A stretch of 64,000 nt of DNA, taken from assembly GCA_043228905.1 (NCBI GenBank), contig JBHGNT010000009.1:13950001-14014000 (forward strand), given 5' to 3'. Each line of letters begins with the position of its first letter. The first letter of the stretch is position 1. Origin of the DNA: Azolla caroliniana (Eukaryota > Plantae > Polypodiophyta). The position numbers and the translations under genes were made by a program. The notes under the pieces were generated by a model. The model was not told the origin of the DNA. It ran no database searches and saw only the letters and a program-made list of their open reading frames with translations. Shown in pieces: positions 11,285-25,200 of the stretch.

Positions 11285-13564
11285 CATGCCTTGATGATGA
11301 TATTTCTTCGACCGGGACTTCCATCGGTCCTTTCAATGATCGACTCCCTCGATCGGAGTGCTTGACTCGAACATCTTTGTTGGTCAGCAAATCTTTCCGC
11401 GACACGAACATTCTCGTTCTGTCGGCTTACGAACTTCGTCATGGGTCCAAAATCATGTCGTGTATATGTATGTTCTTCCTTTGTTTTGAGTGTGTGTGAG
11501 TAGTCTTGGGAATTTTCAAAATTTTGGTGGTGCCCTCTTGTATTTTTAAAATTTTGATATGTACCCTCGAGTTTTGAAATTTTCATTCACTACCCCCAAA
11601 TTTCTGAAATTTTGGGCTGCTACCCTCAACATTTTAAAATTTCTTCGCATGCCCCTCTCTTCTCTTTTTCCCTCTCATTTTTTTTTCTTGTTTTCTTCTT
11701 TTTCTCTTGCTTCTGTCGTTTCCCTCCTTCCTCTGTTCTGTGCCTTCTCTTCTTCCATGACTTCTTCCTCTTCCTTCTCTGTTCCTTCTTTTGATTTCAT
11801 TCGAGAGTTGTGTTTCGTAGCCCTATCATAGCTTTCTCCTCCTCCTTCTCTTCTTCTTTTCATGTCTCTATTTTGGTGTTTTGAAGAATGGGGAGGAACG
11901 ACATCTCCATTGTCATTGCCGTCTTTGTTGATGTTTCGCTTTTTGGCTCTATTCAACTGTTTTTCTGGTAGCCGTTAAGACGTTGTCTGCTATTTGGTAA
12001 CTCTCGGATCGCTGGCTCTGTCCGGTCCAGCATTGTCTATTGGTCTCTTTCCGACCCTCGGTTTGGCCTCTGCTTTCCGGCCTCTCCGGCCTTTGTCTAT
12101 CTCATGGCCACTGTTCGGCCACCACGCTATTGCGGACTCCGTCAAAGTCTTTGTCGATTTCCGTCAGTTTGAGTCCGCTTCTGTGTCTCCGGCTCCGTTG
12201 CGGTTCTCCGGCTCCATTGTCGTCTCCTTCTCCGTTCCGGCGTCGTTCGACCGCTCTCTGGCCGGCACTTTTCCGACCTCTCATCAATCTTTGTCGGTGT
12301 CGCCGTTCTGGCCATCGATTCGTCTTCGTCCGGCCCTTTCCGGTCATCGTCTGGTCCATTCGAGCCGGTTTTCCGGCTGTTGTTCGGCTACTCCCATCTC
12401 TGGCCATTTCGGTCTTGCTTTTCTCAAGCTTTCCACTGTTCGGCCTCTGTCCGGAAGACTCCATCTTCAGCCAGTGTCTCTTCTGTGTTCTTTCAGGGTC
12501 ATCATTGTTGTTGTTGTCGGTTGTCGAGCCGCCGCCATCGCTGCAGCCCCTATCCGGCCGTTTTGGATGCTCTCCGACCACTCCGGCCACTTCTTGGCCG
12601 TCGTTCCGGACGCTTTACGGCCGTTGTCTGGCTATTCCGGCCCCGTTCGGTCGTCACTGTCTTTCTAGCCCTTCCGCTGTCTGATTTTGGCCATCCATCC
12701 GGTGCCTCTTTTCGTTTTGGACGTCTTTCGGGCTGTATCCGTCCGGTTCATTCCGTTCTTTTCCCGTTTCTTCTATCCAGACCGTTCCATCGTGTTTATG
12801 TATTGTCTTCGGCCCCATCTGTGGCTTTCTACATCACGTCTTCTTGTCTGACTTCTCCGTTTTTGGCTATGTCGTGTGTCCGTTTGGCATGTTTGGTCGT
12901 CCCTTTGTTGTCCAGCCCGTCCGTTGTCCGCCTTTGTCTAGTGTGTATCTGACTGGCCAATCTGGCCATCTTCATCTCCGTTCTAGCTGCAGTTCGGTCG
13001 TGTCTTTTCGGCCGCCTCTGCAACCTTCTGATCATCGTTGCTATTCTGGCCGTCGTCCGTCCGGTGTTGTTGGTTTCTCTGGTCGTCGATGTCTAGTTTG
13101 CGTTTGCATCTCTTCTCTGTCTTCTATGGTCCTTCTAGTTCTTGTTCCGATTTCGGTTCCGACTCTCTTCGCGTTGTTTCTTCTGGAACCATTGCCCGTG
13201 CATTCTTGGCACATCCTGCCGGTCTTCGCTCCACACACTGCGACTTTCTCCGTAGTCTCCTGGTGGGCTTCTCTTTCCGGTTGTGTTGGCACTGGTTCCA
13301 TCTGCGTTGTTGTTTGTCCAGTCGTGCATCTTGCACTACGCTTTTGAGAACACGCACATTGTCGCTAACCGCTTTCGGAAACACGCACATGGACACTAAT
13401 CGCAACCTCGCACAAACATTGTTGCCATTCATGCATTCCTCCATAGACTTCCTCCAACATCTTCACCGTCATTTTCGCGTTTCGCCATTTCTTGCACTTA
13501 GTCGTTATGGCTTGCACATCCGCGTATCATTCTTCGCCTCCGTTACCAAAGGGGGGTCGCCTTC

Positions 13565-13574
13565 GTGGTCGCCA
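13565..13574 (-). promoter_or_regulatory. PBS TGGCGACCAC of the non-autonomous element
   Basis: Same 10-mer as 9872-9881, 5 nt from the right LTR. Confidence 0.75.
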
Positions 13575-13775
13575 AAAGGTGTTGTATGTTTTAGGTTTAG
13601 GGTTAATGATGATAATGATAAAGATGGGAATAGGGTTAACAATCATGGTAGATTGATAATGTATGTGTGATGATGATGGTGAGAGATCATGAAGAACAAG
13701 ACAAGCATTGAGGGGTGGGGGGTGGTGCCTAGAATGGCTACACCCCCCTCCCAAGGGGGTTCAACGTAAGGGGGG

Positions 13776-13822
<47 letters not shown>

Positions 13823-16642
13823 TGGTTATATCTTTCATTCATTCCCCATAAGGTGTTAAATAGTACAAGAGGGGGGTAGATACATAGGGGTGTAAGCCCC
13901 CTCGAGCATTCATACTGGACACTCACTCACACCTCCTCGTATCCATCCACATGCACACATGTGTGCATGTGTTCACATACGTATAGACTCACAATTACAT
14001 TTATGCCCCCTACACATACACAACAACATCATGATAACATTCGACCCTCGCTCATCACACTTAACTCTCCGTACATCTCGTACGGGGTAACAAACATGTG
14101 TTCGAAGCAATCTCCATCTTCTACCTCTTGTTAGACGGATTCCGGGTTGAGTGGAGTCGGAGTTGAAGTTGCCTCTGGTGCGTATCACAATGCGGACTCG
14201 TCAAAGACTACGTCTCGACTTACCCAAACCGCTTGGGTAGAAGGGTTGTAGCGATTGTATGCCATCTTCTTGGACGAGTATCCTATGAGGATACATTCCT
14301 CCGACTTCGCGTTGGGCTTCTGTCGGCTTTCGTTCGGGATGCGTACATTTGCAATGCTTCCAAACACCTTGAGGTACAACAGGATCGGCTTCCTTCCGAC
14401 GAGGAGCTCGTATGGAGTCAGCTCATGCACTCCATTAGTGGTGCATCGATTCATGAGATAGATGGCTGTGGATGTTGCTTCGGCCCAATAGAAATTCGGC
14501 ATGTGCTTCTCATGCATCATGGCGTGTGCTACCTCGAGTATTTGCCGATTTTTCCTTTTGGCAACTCCATTTTGTTGGGGTGTGTGTCAGCACAAGAATT
14601 CTCTCCGAATGCCTTCACTTTGGAGGTAGGAGGTGAATTCGTCGGAGAAGTACTCTTTGTCTCCATCCCATCGTAAACATCGAATGTGCCAACCGGTTTC
14701 TTTCTCGACTTGGCCCTTGAGCTTTTGGAAGTGGGAGAGCACTTCACTTTTCTTCTTCATCAGGTAGATCCACGCGTAGCGCGAATAGTCGTTGATGAAG
14801 GTTACGTAGAATCGGCATCCGCCGATCGTCGGCGTTTGAGCCGGTCCCCATACATCCGAGTGTATGATGTCAAGGAGGCCTTTGCTCACGTGGCTCTCCT
14901 TCGGGAATGGGAGTCAATGTTGTTTGCCGAGTTGACACACTTCGCATACTCGGTCAACTCGTTTCGACTCGAATGTTAGAAGTTCGATGACGACTCCCTT
15001 GGTTTTCATCGCTCGAAGCCGTTGGAGATTTATGTGGCCGATTCTCTTGTGCCACAACTCGATGCTCTTCTCAGTTTTGAGACCTTTGGCATACATTGCC
15101 GATTTCACCTCGTTCGAGTCAAGGATGAACATTCAGTCGTCTCTCCACCCCTTCGCTATGAGTCGGCCATCTTTCTCGATGAAGCATCCTTCGTTGTTGA
15201 AGCGGACTTGCATGCCTTGCTCCACGATTTGGCCGACCAAGACCAAAATCTTCGTTATTGTGAGCACGTGCAAGACATTCTTGATGCAAGTTTGCTCGCC
15301 TTCTTTCCCGAATGGGACATTCCTGATATGCCGAATGGGGTGCATGGTGTCGTCTCCCGTCTCTATGAAGCCGGGTCAATCCAGCATTCGTAAATCACGA
15401 AACCACTCTTCATGAGATGTCATGTGATGTGAGGCGCCGGAATCGACGAACCACACATCTTCCGAGTTGGAGGTGCTTGCGGAGTTGGAGGCCGTCATAG
15501 AGTTCGCTCTATGCCTCATTACGAACATTCCGCCACGGTCACCGTAGTCGGAATTTGCGGCGTAATTTGTGAACATTCTGCTACGATTGTCATAGTCGGA
15601 GTTCGATGCATAGTTTGTGAGTTGTCGACTTGTTGAAGCCGACTCACTTCTCTTTTTCCGAAACTCTGCCTTGTAGTGGCCAACTTTGCTGCAATAATTG
15701 CAAGTTGTGGGCCTCGTTTGCCGACCATGTTCAGTGTGGAAGCTCCCCCTTCTTCCGAAGGTTCCTCAATGGCTTCCGTGAAGGTTTGATTTCCCTTCAT
15801 GTGATGGGTCGAATTGACCTCTTTTACCGTCGTAACCTCGTCCTCGGCCACCATCCGAATTCGAGAAGAATATTTGTCCTTCCGATGTCTTGGTTTTGGT
15901 TTGGACGTGGTTCTCTTCAACCAGTAGCATTGATTGAAGGTTGAAGAACGAGGGAGGGTTTTCCCTCACCAAGATTGCCATCCTCAACGAGTCAAATCGT
16001 TGTGAGAGGCTGCCCAAGCATACTTGAACCATCTCGTCTTTGTTGACATTTATTTTAACTCTTGTTGGAGTTGAAGCTTTCGGGCGGTTGTGTTGGCGGC
16101 GAACATTTTCTTTAAGTTCGCCCACACTTCTTTAGGCGTCTTGGTGTCTCGAATATGGCTAAGCATGTGGTCGTGGACACATGTTGCCAAACAATACATG
16201 ACTCGACTCGCCGCTTGCTCCCATGTTGCGTAGCCGACGTTCTATGAGTCGGGTCAATTTTCTTGAGCCCCATTAATGTAGCTCCAATACCCTTGGCCGA
16301 TGAGGTATTGTGTCATCTTGTACTCCCAAGATGAATAATTGCTCCGGTCTAGCTTTTCACTAGGGAGCAAGCTACCCATTTGTGTTTTCATGTTGATTGT
16401 AGTGTCTTCTCTTCTTTTGCTCTTCTTCCTTCGATCACGTACACGTGCTACGTAGTGGCACTACGGTAGCCGATAGCTGGATTTTGTCGTCGGCATCTCG
16501 AACACACAATCACGGAGTCGAGTGGGCTTAGTGAATTTTCTAAACCACATGCTCTAATACCATGTTAAGAATTAGGTAAGTAATTAAGGGTTAATTAGTA
16601 CCTAATTATGTGGTTAAGTTAAGTGCGGAAGATTATGTGATA

Positions 16643-16711
<69 letters not shown>

Positions 16712-17015
16712 ACAAGATGGGGGATGAGTAAGTATATTAAATTAGTATTATCATCATCAAATACAAAAATACCCACAATGAGGTATATATACATCCCATG
16801 TGCAAGGGTGTACATGTGTGAGTGGAATATAGGTACTAAGGTGTAAGTCCTATATTAAATGTACTTAGAAGTGGAGGATCTAGAATATCCCACTTAAGTA
16901 CGAGGTCCTATTTAAGGCGTTATAGTCAACACTTCTAACTAGATTCTATCTAGGTAATTACGAAGTTACATTGTTAACTAACTAACTAAACTAAATTGAG
17001 CTTGATCTCTCAACA

Positions 17016-18042
17016 ACCATGGTATCTGCATTGGACAAAGTTGTTTTGTTGGCTTGGTCCGACATGATTGCTCCCTCTTCTACCAGACTCTCCCAGACGC
17101 TCCGCCTTGCGTGTTTGAAACGTCTTGCCGATAGTGGAAGTTGTGTTCTTGGGGTTGTTCTTGGTTGTGTCGGCCTTGGCCAAATCGGCCTCTTCTTCCA
17201 CGACCTTGCCCTCTCACTCCATCCAAAATTGTGTAGAGCATTTGTCCATATGATCCGTTACTTCTTGTTCGGACATGATTTTTTCGACTAGTAGCATCGA
17301 CTAGAGATTGAAGGAGGGAGGACTCTCCCTTGTGAGGACGACTGACCTTATTGCGCCAAACCGGGGTGCTAGGCCATCGAGGCATATTTGCACCATTTTT
17401 TCTTCGTCAATGTTAACATTGATCGAGTTGAGGGAGTCACATAACTCCTTGATCTTCAAGGTGTGGATGTCGATTGATATATCCCTATGTTGTATGTTGT
17501 TCAACTCTCGGTGAAGTTGAAGCTTTTGTGTGGTTGTGTTGGCCGAAAATATCTTTTTGAGGTTCCCCCACGCCTCTTTTAGCGTTTTGGCCTCTCAGAT
17601 ATAGCCGAGCATGTGATCATGAACGCATGATGCAAGGCAATATAACACACAACTCGCCGCTTGCTCCTAGGCTGGGTGGTCGGCATATGCCGAGGTGGGT
17701 TGATTTTCCTGTGCTCCCTTGACATAACCCCAATAGCCTTGGCTGACAAGGTATTTGTGCATCTTTTATTCCCAAGATGCAAAATTGTTTCTGTCGAGTT
17801 TCTTGGTGGGAAGAGCGCTTCCCATCTAAGTATTCATGTTGATTGATTTGTATGGAGCTAGTTTTCTTCTTCTTCTTCTCTTGATATGAGCTATGCAAGT
17901 TGCTGCTACAACAATCAACCGGTTCTTCATGAACGTGGACTTAGACACAACACACGCGGATGAACTTGGATCAAGCTACCAAGCGCTCTGATACCATGTA
18001 AAGAACCCAATGCGATTCTGTGTTGTGGAAGGTGTGTGTAGT

Positions 18043-18111
<69 letters not shown>

Positions 18112-18399
18112 ATGGAGTTATACAGAAAACCAGAAAACTGTATTAACAGGGAGCAAGGATGAACCAACCAAACTACAAAGAGAAGGAGAAGGTGCTTATG
18201 TAGTCACCTTCTCTCTATGTTCTCTCACTACAACCACCTCTTAGAAAAGAGGTGGAGACTTAACTACCTATTGAATATGTGTCATGGGACTCAACTTCTA
18301 TGACACTTAGTTAATAATACTAGGAGGTGGGTGTTCACACACTTGGGGTATTTCTAAGGCGAGTTCCCACACTAGGAAAGTTGAGTTTGATTCTCAACA
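17016..18399 (-). mobile_element. Truncated Ty1/Copia: degenerate gag, iMet PBS and 5' LTR 17997-18399
   Basis: gctctgatacca ends at 17996; TG...CA LTR with GA tract; gag similar to the neighbouring Copia gag. Confidence 0.85.
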
Positions 18400-18715
18400 A
18401 TGGTAAATTCTTACACTAGCGAGCGATGACAAGGCTAATTAAAATGTATTAGACTATTGATCACTAAGTAAATAAGCACACTTGTTGATCACTACTTAGA
18501 ATTCCGAACCTACTACTCGTCATACGCTATAACCGTGAACAAATTAATCATCATTTGGTAGCGTCGCGAATGAATTAAGCATTCTAGTTTAGAATTGAGA
18601 ACCCGATGAATGAGATGAAAAACGAGTGGGACAAGCAAGAAACCCAAATTTGTTTTTGTTTTCGTGCTTTTATTGTTGATTTAAAAAGGAAGCAGAGGAT
18701 TGATTGATATGGAAA

Positions 18716-19213
18716 ATGATTGGAAAGATTTGGTCACCGTGTCCTGTTTATGCTAACTCTGCGTGCGGGAAGATGAATGCGTCATCGCAGGGTAACGACA
18801 TAAGATCTGTGAAGATGGTGGTGACAGCAGAAGGCAATACAAGGTCAACTATGAAAACCCTGTTTGTGGAGATGGGTGTGGGCTATGACCAACATGGGTA
18901 AGGGCTTTGTATTGCTACATTTGTGTGTGTTCACAGAAAAGAAAACAGTTTGTCGACACGTGTTTTCACGTATGTATGCATATATGTATGTGATCATGTA
19001 TTCGTAGATGAACTGTTCGTGTGCAAAGAAAGATATGTATGTATGTTTGTATATGTCCTTGTGTTGATAGAGATTATATGAGTGTACGTATATGTATGTA
19101 TATGCATTTATGTATTTTTCTGGGAGAATAAGCCCCATGTATTGACAAAAACAGACAGAAAGACTGTATGTGTGTGTGTATGTATGTAATGTATGCATGC
19201 ATGCATGCATGCA

Positions 19214-19262
<49 letters not shown>

Positions 19263-22200
19263 TGTATGTATGTATGGATGTGTGTATGTATGTATGTAAT
19301 GTATGTACGTATGTAATGTATGTACGTATGTAGTGTATGCATGCATGTATGTATGGACGGACACACACATGTTATATATAAATGTGTAAATGTGTGTAGC
19401 CAGGATATCACAGTTGCAGCAATGCGAGCTTGCCGAGATGCAATCCAGACAAATTCAATTCCGGCTTTCCGTTCAGGTTGGGGGTTGGTTTGCTTTCCCG
19501 TCAAGCCCAAACCACACATGCTCAATGCACTTTGAACTTTTTGTTGAATTTTGTATGTTTTATGCTCTTGGTTTTGAACACTTTTTTATTTGCTTTCCAT
19601 TCGGAACTTTTGCTGTAACGGCAAACTTCTGATAACCTGCTTGAATGCATTTGGTTTTGATTTACATTAAAATAGTTTTACATGTTACTTTCATTCTGTT
19701 TCCCATACACAGTCAAACATTTATGGGGTTTGCTTTCCTTTTCCTTGAGCTCTTTTATATACTGTATGAAACTCAATTCAGTTTCTTATACATAGAAAAA
19801 CATTCATGGGACTGCTTTCCAAATTTACGTGTGAAACACAATTTTGATTCTTTCCTTGTACTAGCACATATTGATTTTTCTTTTTGTACATTTATATTTC
19901 AAATACACTTCTGATCCTTGCTTAGTACAGACATTTCAGTTTGCTTTCCATTAAGAAGTTTTTACATGTGAATTGAGTGCTCCTTGATCTTTTAAACATA
20001 CGTGTCGGCGGTTTGTAGTAATTTCGAAACTACATAATGTTTCAACATTGGTTGAAGAATTGAATGTCACAGTTGATCACATGTAGGCAGTTCCTCTTGA
20101 TTGTGATGTTTACCATGAAGTTTTTTCTTTTTTGTTCTGCATTTAGGAGCAATCCCTGGTGTTGGTTCGAAAGACATGAAGTTAAAATTGAAACTTGGTG
20201 TGCCAAAACAAGTTCAAGAATCACTCGATATCAAGAAAGTGAAATCCGTTTTTCCATAGTAAGTACTGATGTTATTCTTACGTTTGTTAAGATTTGATTT
20301 AAGACGACTTTTAAATAATGTGTGCAAATGATCATAGGAGATCATAGACATATTAATGTATTAAAATGAAATGATCCAGAGTCCATAATACAATGAAAAC
20401 TTAAGTTATTCCAGCAATTAATACAGCTAACATCTTAAACCTACAACTACGTCGTTACAGCATTTTATGCGTTGCTCTTTTTCTCTCCACTATAGCTTTA
20501 CTTTAACCATTATGTACCTAGGAATATTTTACCCCTCCTATAAATGCATGGGTTACAAAACCCACATTTTTTTGTATTTTTGAAGGCTTTGATCCTTATA
20601 AAGAAAATAGTTCTTATTTACCTTATTTTAAAGCTATTTCTAGCTTCTTTTGCATCTTACAATTGTTCGTATTCATATATTTTTTCTCCTATTGAATAGC
20701 CAACCATTTGTTTCTTTGCTTTTTCCCATTCCATCCCTCCCACCCTACAGAAAGCCCTCTCCAAGCAGCCATATGTTGTCCCTCTTGATCTATCATTTAA
20801 GGAGCAGCAACTGTTGTGCACCTAGTTATAACAATCTGTTAATAGCTTTAGAGGAGGGATTCATGGCTTCCAATGCCACTGTTATCTCTTCAACCATTCC
20901 ACAACTTCCGAAAGAGTCTATTGTAGATGGAAGCAACTATCTAGATTGGGAATTGCATGTGAGCCCAATCTTATGGCTGCTTTTGATGTTTCATCTTCAA
21001 TACCTGCACAAGATGCTATTGACTCTTCGCTTGCCAAAGGTGGTGGTGCTCTTGCGTTCATGCTCTTCAACATCAAGCCTCAAGTTGCACATCAATTTCT
21101 CAGCAAAGATGACGAGACAACAAAAGAATTGTGGGATGCAGTCCAACAAAGGTATCATAGAGCCAATAAGGCTCAAATGATAGCTTTGGAGAACCAACTA
21201 GCCAATCTTCGAGTTTATGGTTGTAACATTATAGAGGTTATAATAAATTTTTCTTCTCCCCAAAAGCAGCTTGTTTCCTTATGAGGCGTTTTGTGACACA
21301 ATTTCCCTTCTTTCCAATACTCCCTGTTTGAAAAAATTGGTAGGGGTGTTACAAGATAGGGTTGTGAGGGGAACTAGCACTTCTAGTTCTAGAGAGACTT
21401 CTCCATGTTAAAGGTAAAGGAAAATGGAATTCCTCTATGAACAATTGTAGATCTTCTCAATACTTCCTCTTTGAAAACATTGGTTGTTACAAGATAGGGC
21501 TATGAGGCGAACTAGCACTTCTAATTCTAAATAGACTCTTCTCCATGTTAAACGTAAAGGCAAATGGAAGGCGTCTATGAACAATTGTAAATCTTCTTCC
21601 CAATACTCCCGCTTTGAATTCAAAACATTGGTAGGGATGTTACAAGATAGCGTTGTGAGGCTAGCACTTCTAATTCTCCATGCTAAAGGTAAAGGAAAAT
21701 GGAATGCCGCCATGAACAATTGTAAATCTTCTTCAAAACCAGCCAACAATCCAGCCCACAAAGAGCTTACATGCCATTATTATAGCTATAAAGGCCACAT
21801 CCAGGCTGATTGTAGGAAATAGAAAAGGGATAATGCCAACCTTAACCAACTGCAAGCTCACACCTAGATTTAACACTATTCATACATCCAAAGAAACTAA
21901 TTTCTTAGGCATCTGCGCTAATTTTTCCTCTAAGATTAACCAAAGCACATCCTCTCTTGATGATTGGACTGTGAATAGCGGTTGCACAAGTCATATAACT
22001 CATGACAAATCTATCTTGTGTGATATACACCCACCCAACTCACAAATTTCTATTGGAGTGCATTGAGTCTTGAAGTTTCATGCATGAGTAATGTATTTTT
22101 TTAGTTCTTCTAGTCAATAACCAACTATTATTCAAAATGTCTTACATGTACCTCATCTTTCAGCTGACCTACTGGCAGTTTCTTGTATTATTGAACAAGG

Positions 22201-25200
22201 TTATTGTGTCTATTTTGAACTCTCTAACTTGGAGGTGATTGACATGAACAACCTACAAATTTTTGCTATTGACAAAAATGAAGCTGTCTTATGTCATCTT
22301 AACAGCTTCAACAGCTCATTACAATCCGCCAATTCTCATCTATAAATTCTTCATGGAAGTTATGCGTTGGTAGCTCAAGAAGATTTTCAGTTGTGGCATG
22401 CTTTTTACTTTGGGTACCTCAACTGTGACTTTCTTCGAAAACTCTCTCCATATCAAATGGTGCATAGAATTCCTCTTTTCAATGTCTCCGATATCTCATG
22501 TGTGGCTTGTATACATGGGAAGCACTACCGCAAACGTTTTCTTGCAAAAGCTACCCGTTGTGCCACATCCATATTGGAGTTAGTGCATATGGATTTATGT
22601 GGTCCAAAGAGACAGGCAACTCAAAGGCTTTTAATATTTCATGCTTACATTGATGATTTCTCATGCAAAGTGTGGTCTAATTGCTTTCAGCTAAATCTGA
22701 CGCATTCTCTAAGTTACAAGAATGGGCGTCTAGTTGAAACAGAAACCTCAAGGTTTGAAAAATCAAATCTGAGAATGGTGGTGAGTTTATTTCACATGCC
22801 TTCCATAACTTTTGTTCACTAAGTCATACACCGAAGAGGCATTTACGGGTCACACATCCGCTGTTTTTCACCTTCTTCTATTTGGATACGATGCATATAT
22901 TCAAATTTTCAGAAATTAAGCAGACTAAAATTGAGCCCAAGAGCAAGAAACGGTAGTTTCTGGGTATAGCAGACATTCTAAGGCATATTGACTATGGGAT
23001 CCTCAAATCAAATCCCTTGTCATTTCCAGAGATGTTGTTTTTTAGAGTCATAATCTAACAACTCAAGAATCATTCCATAATTTGTCGTGGAGGTTCCATC
23101 TCCATCCTCTACTTCAGCTGTCCCATGTTCATCCTCAGCTACTATTTGAACTACTGAAAGCTCATCCTCTCAGCCAACTTGTCCTATTCAACCCTCATCT
23201 CCTGCCCCTCAAGAACCTATCCCTTTGCATACTGTAACTTCTGTGATGGCTATGACAAACACTTGTGATTTACATCTTTCTGATGTTGATCTTCCTTAGC
23301 AGGCTTGATTAGTTGCAAAAGTGTATATTACCAAGCGGAAGGAGTAGACTATGAGGAGACATTTGCGTTAATGAAAAAGTATGCTTCTATTTGTTGTGGC
23401 CTACAACTTGTTGCCCACTTCAATTAGTTTATATTCCAAATGGATGTCAAGTTTGCCTTTTTGAATGGTGACCTAATGGAAGAGGTTTATGTGGAGCAGC
23501 CGCCTGGTTTTGAGATTTCAGGTCAGCGAGGTATGATTTCTGAAGAAATTTCATATATGACTTGAAACATGATCCCAAGGATTGGTCTTACAAGATCAAT
23601 CAATTCTTTCTTTCGTTTTTTTGGATTTCAATGATGTTCTGCTGATAGCAATCTCTATGTCCTCCCTTAAGATGGCTTGATGTGTCCAGTTATTATATAT
23701 GTAGATGACTTACTTATTATAGCTTCTTTTGAAACCAAGATAGAGCAGCTTCGCAATAAGCTAAAAGAGACATTTGAAATAATTGATTTAGGGCTTTTAT
23801 ATTTACTTCTTGTGCTAAATCACATGGAGTCATATTTCTCAGCCAGCATAGGTATCTTCCACAACTTCTTGAAACCTATGGCATGATTGGCTGCAAGCCC
23901 CTTTCTTGTCCCATGGATCTGCAATCCTAGCTTTCTCTTGAAGAACATTCACCCTTTTTGAAGGTAGTACAAAGTACATCCTCATTCATCTTACCTACAC
24001 AAGGCCTGATTTGTGCTACAATTTAAGTTTTCTCAGCCAGTCCGCAAATGCTCCATCCGTAGTGCATTGGAAAGAAGCCATCCGTGTTCTTTGCTACTTA
24101 GCAGGCACGGATGACTATGGCCTTCCATTCAGAGGCATTGAATTAATTGGTTAGTTGGATGCTGATGGGGCAGCACGAGGATTAGGGTTTAGGTCAAAAA
24201 CAGAGAGGGAGAGAGTCTGAGTGAGAGAGAGAGATGCACGCTGTCTTGGGTACAAAAGAGTGTACCTCTTTTTTGGTTTTTAGATATTATGTATATACAA
24301 CTCAAAAGTGTGCTACGAGTGCGTTCACACTCGTGCACTAATAAAAGGCACGATGGCCCTTTATTCCCAACAACCTCCCACCTAAAGGCAATGTGCCGTG
24401 AGAAGAAAAAAACAAAAAAAAAGTCAGCTAAGTCCAAGTATGTACAAAGCTGAACTACATACATACATCTATCCAACTCCCATCATCTGTCGGCAATGAG
24501 CAAATCCCTCAGCTGGAAGACCCTTCGTGAGAAGATCTGCAGGATTATTATTTGTATGTACTTTGACAAGCTCAATGTTCTTGCTGTCAAGTACATCTCT
24601 GATGAAGTGATACTTCACCTCTATGTGCTTCGTCTTTGCATGAAAGACGGGATTTTGAGCTAGCATGATAGCACTCTGGCTGTCACAATGAAGAATAGGT
24701 AACTCTGTAATGCCAAGATCTCTCACTAGATATGAAAGCCATAAAGCCTCTTTGCATGCCTCAGTGGCAGCAACATACTCTGCCTCTGTATTAGACAATG
24801 CAACACACTTCTGTAGTCTGGAGATCCAAGAGACCGCTCCTCCTATGAAAGTAAACACATACCCAGAAGTAGACTTCCTGCAGTCTGCGTGACCAGCATA
24901 GTCCGCATCCATAAAACCAACGACAGATGCCTTTTGCTTTCCAAAGCAAATACACAAGTCCTTTGTGCCTTTGAGGTATCTCATAATACCTTTCACCGCT
25001 TCCCAATGCTTTTTGCCGGGATTTGCCATATACCTACTAACCACTCCCACTGCAAAGGCAATATCAGGGCGTGTAGCAACCATCGCATATATCAAACTGC
25101 CAACGGCAGAAGCATATGGAACTTTAGCCATTTCAGCCTTCTCATCATCAGATGTAGGGCTGTCTTCTGCACTGAGTTTCAAATATGGAGGCATTTTAGA

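Larger units (their letters stand above)
10751..14092 (-). mobile_element. Complete non-autonomous LTR element (LARD/TRIM-like) with a non-coding 2.3 kb interior
   Basis: LTRs 10751-11240 and 13580-14092 (TGTTG...GTAACA, roughly 97% identical by eye apart from the GA tract); TSD AACAT at 10746-10750 and 14093-14097. Confidence 0.93.
10349..17015 (-). mobile_element. Ty1/Copia element (gag-protease-integrase, no RT seen), interrupted by 10751-14092; 5' LTR 16563-17015
   Basis: WFVDSGASHHMT protease, LWHKRIGH, HSDVWGP integrase; iMet-type PBS 16551-16562; same family as 36398-40199. Confidence 0.9.

Noticed and set aside
11559-13670. Many overlapping 100-220 aa ORFs in the non-autonomous element (also 62833-63538)
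   Set aside because: The A-poor, biased composition suppresses stop codons in several frames; no recognisable domains.
18845-19525. 226-aa His/Thr/Tyr-rich minus-strand ORF
   Set aside because: It is the translation of an intronic microsatellite.
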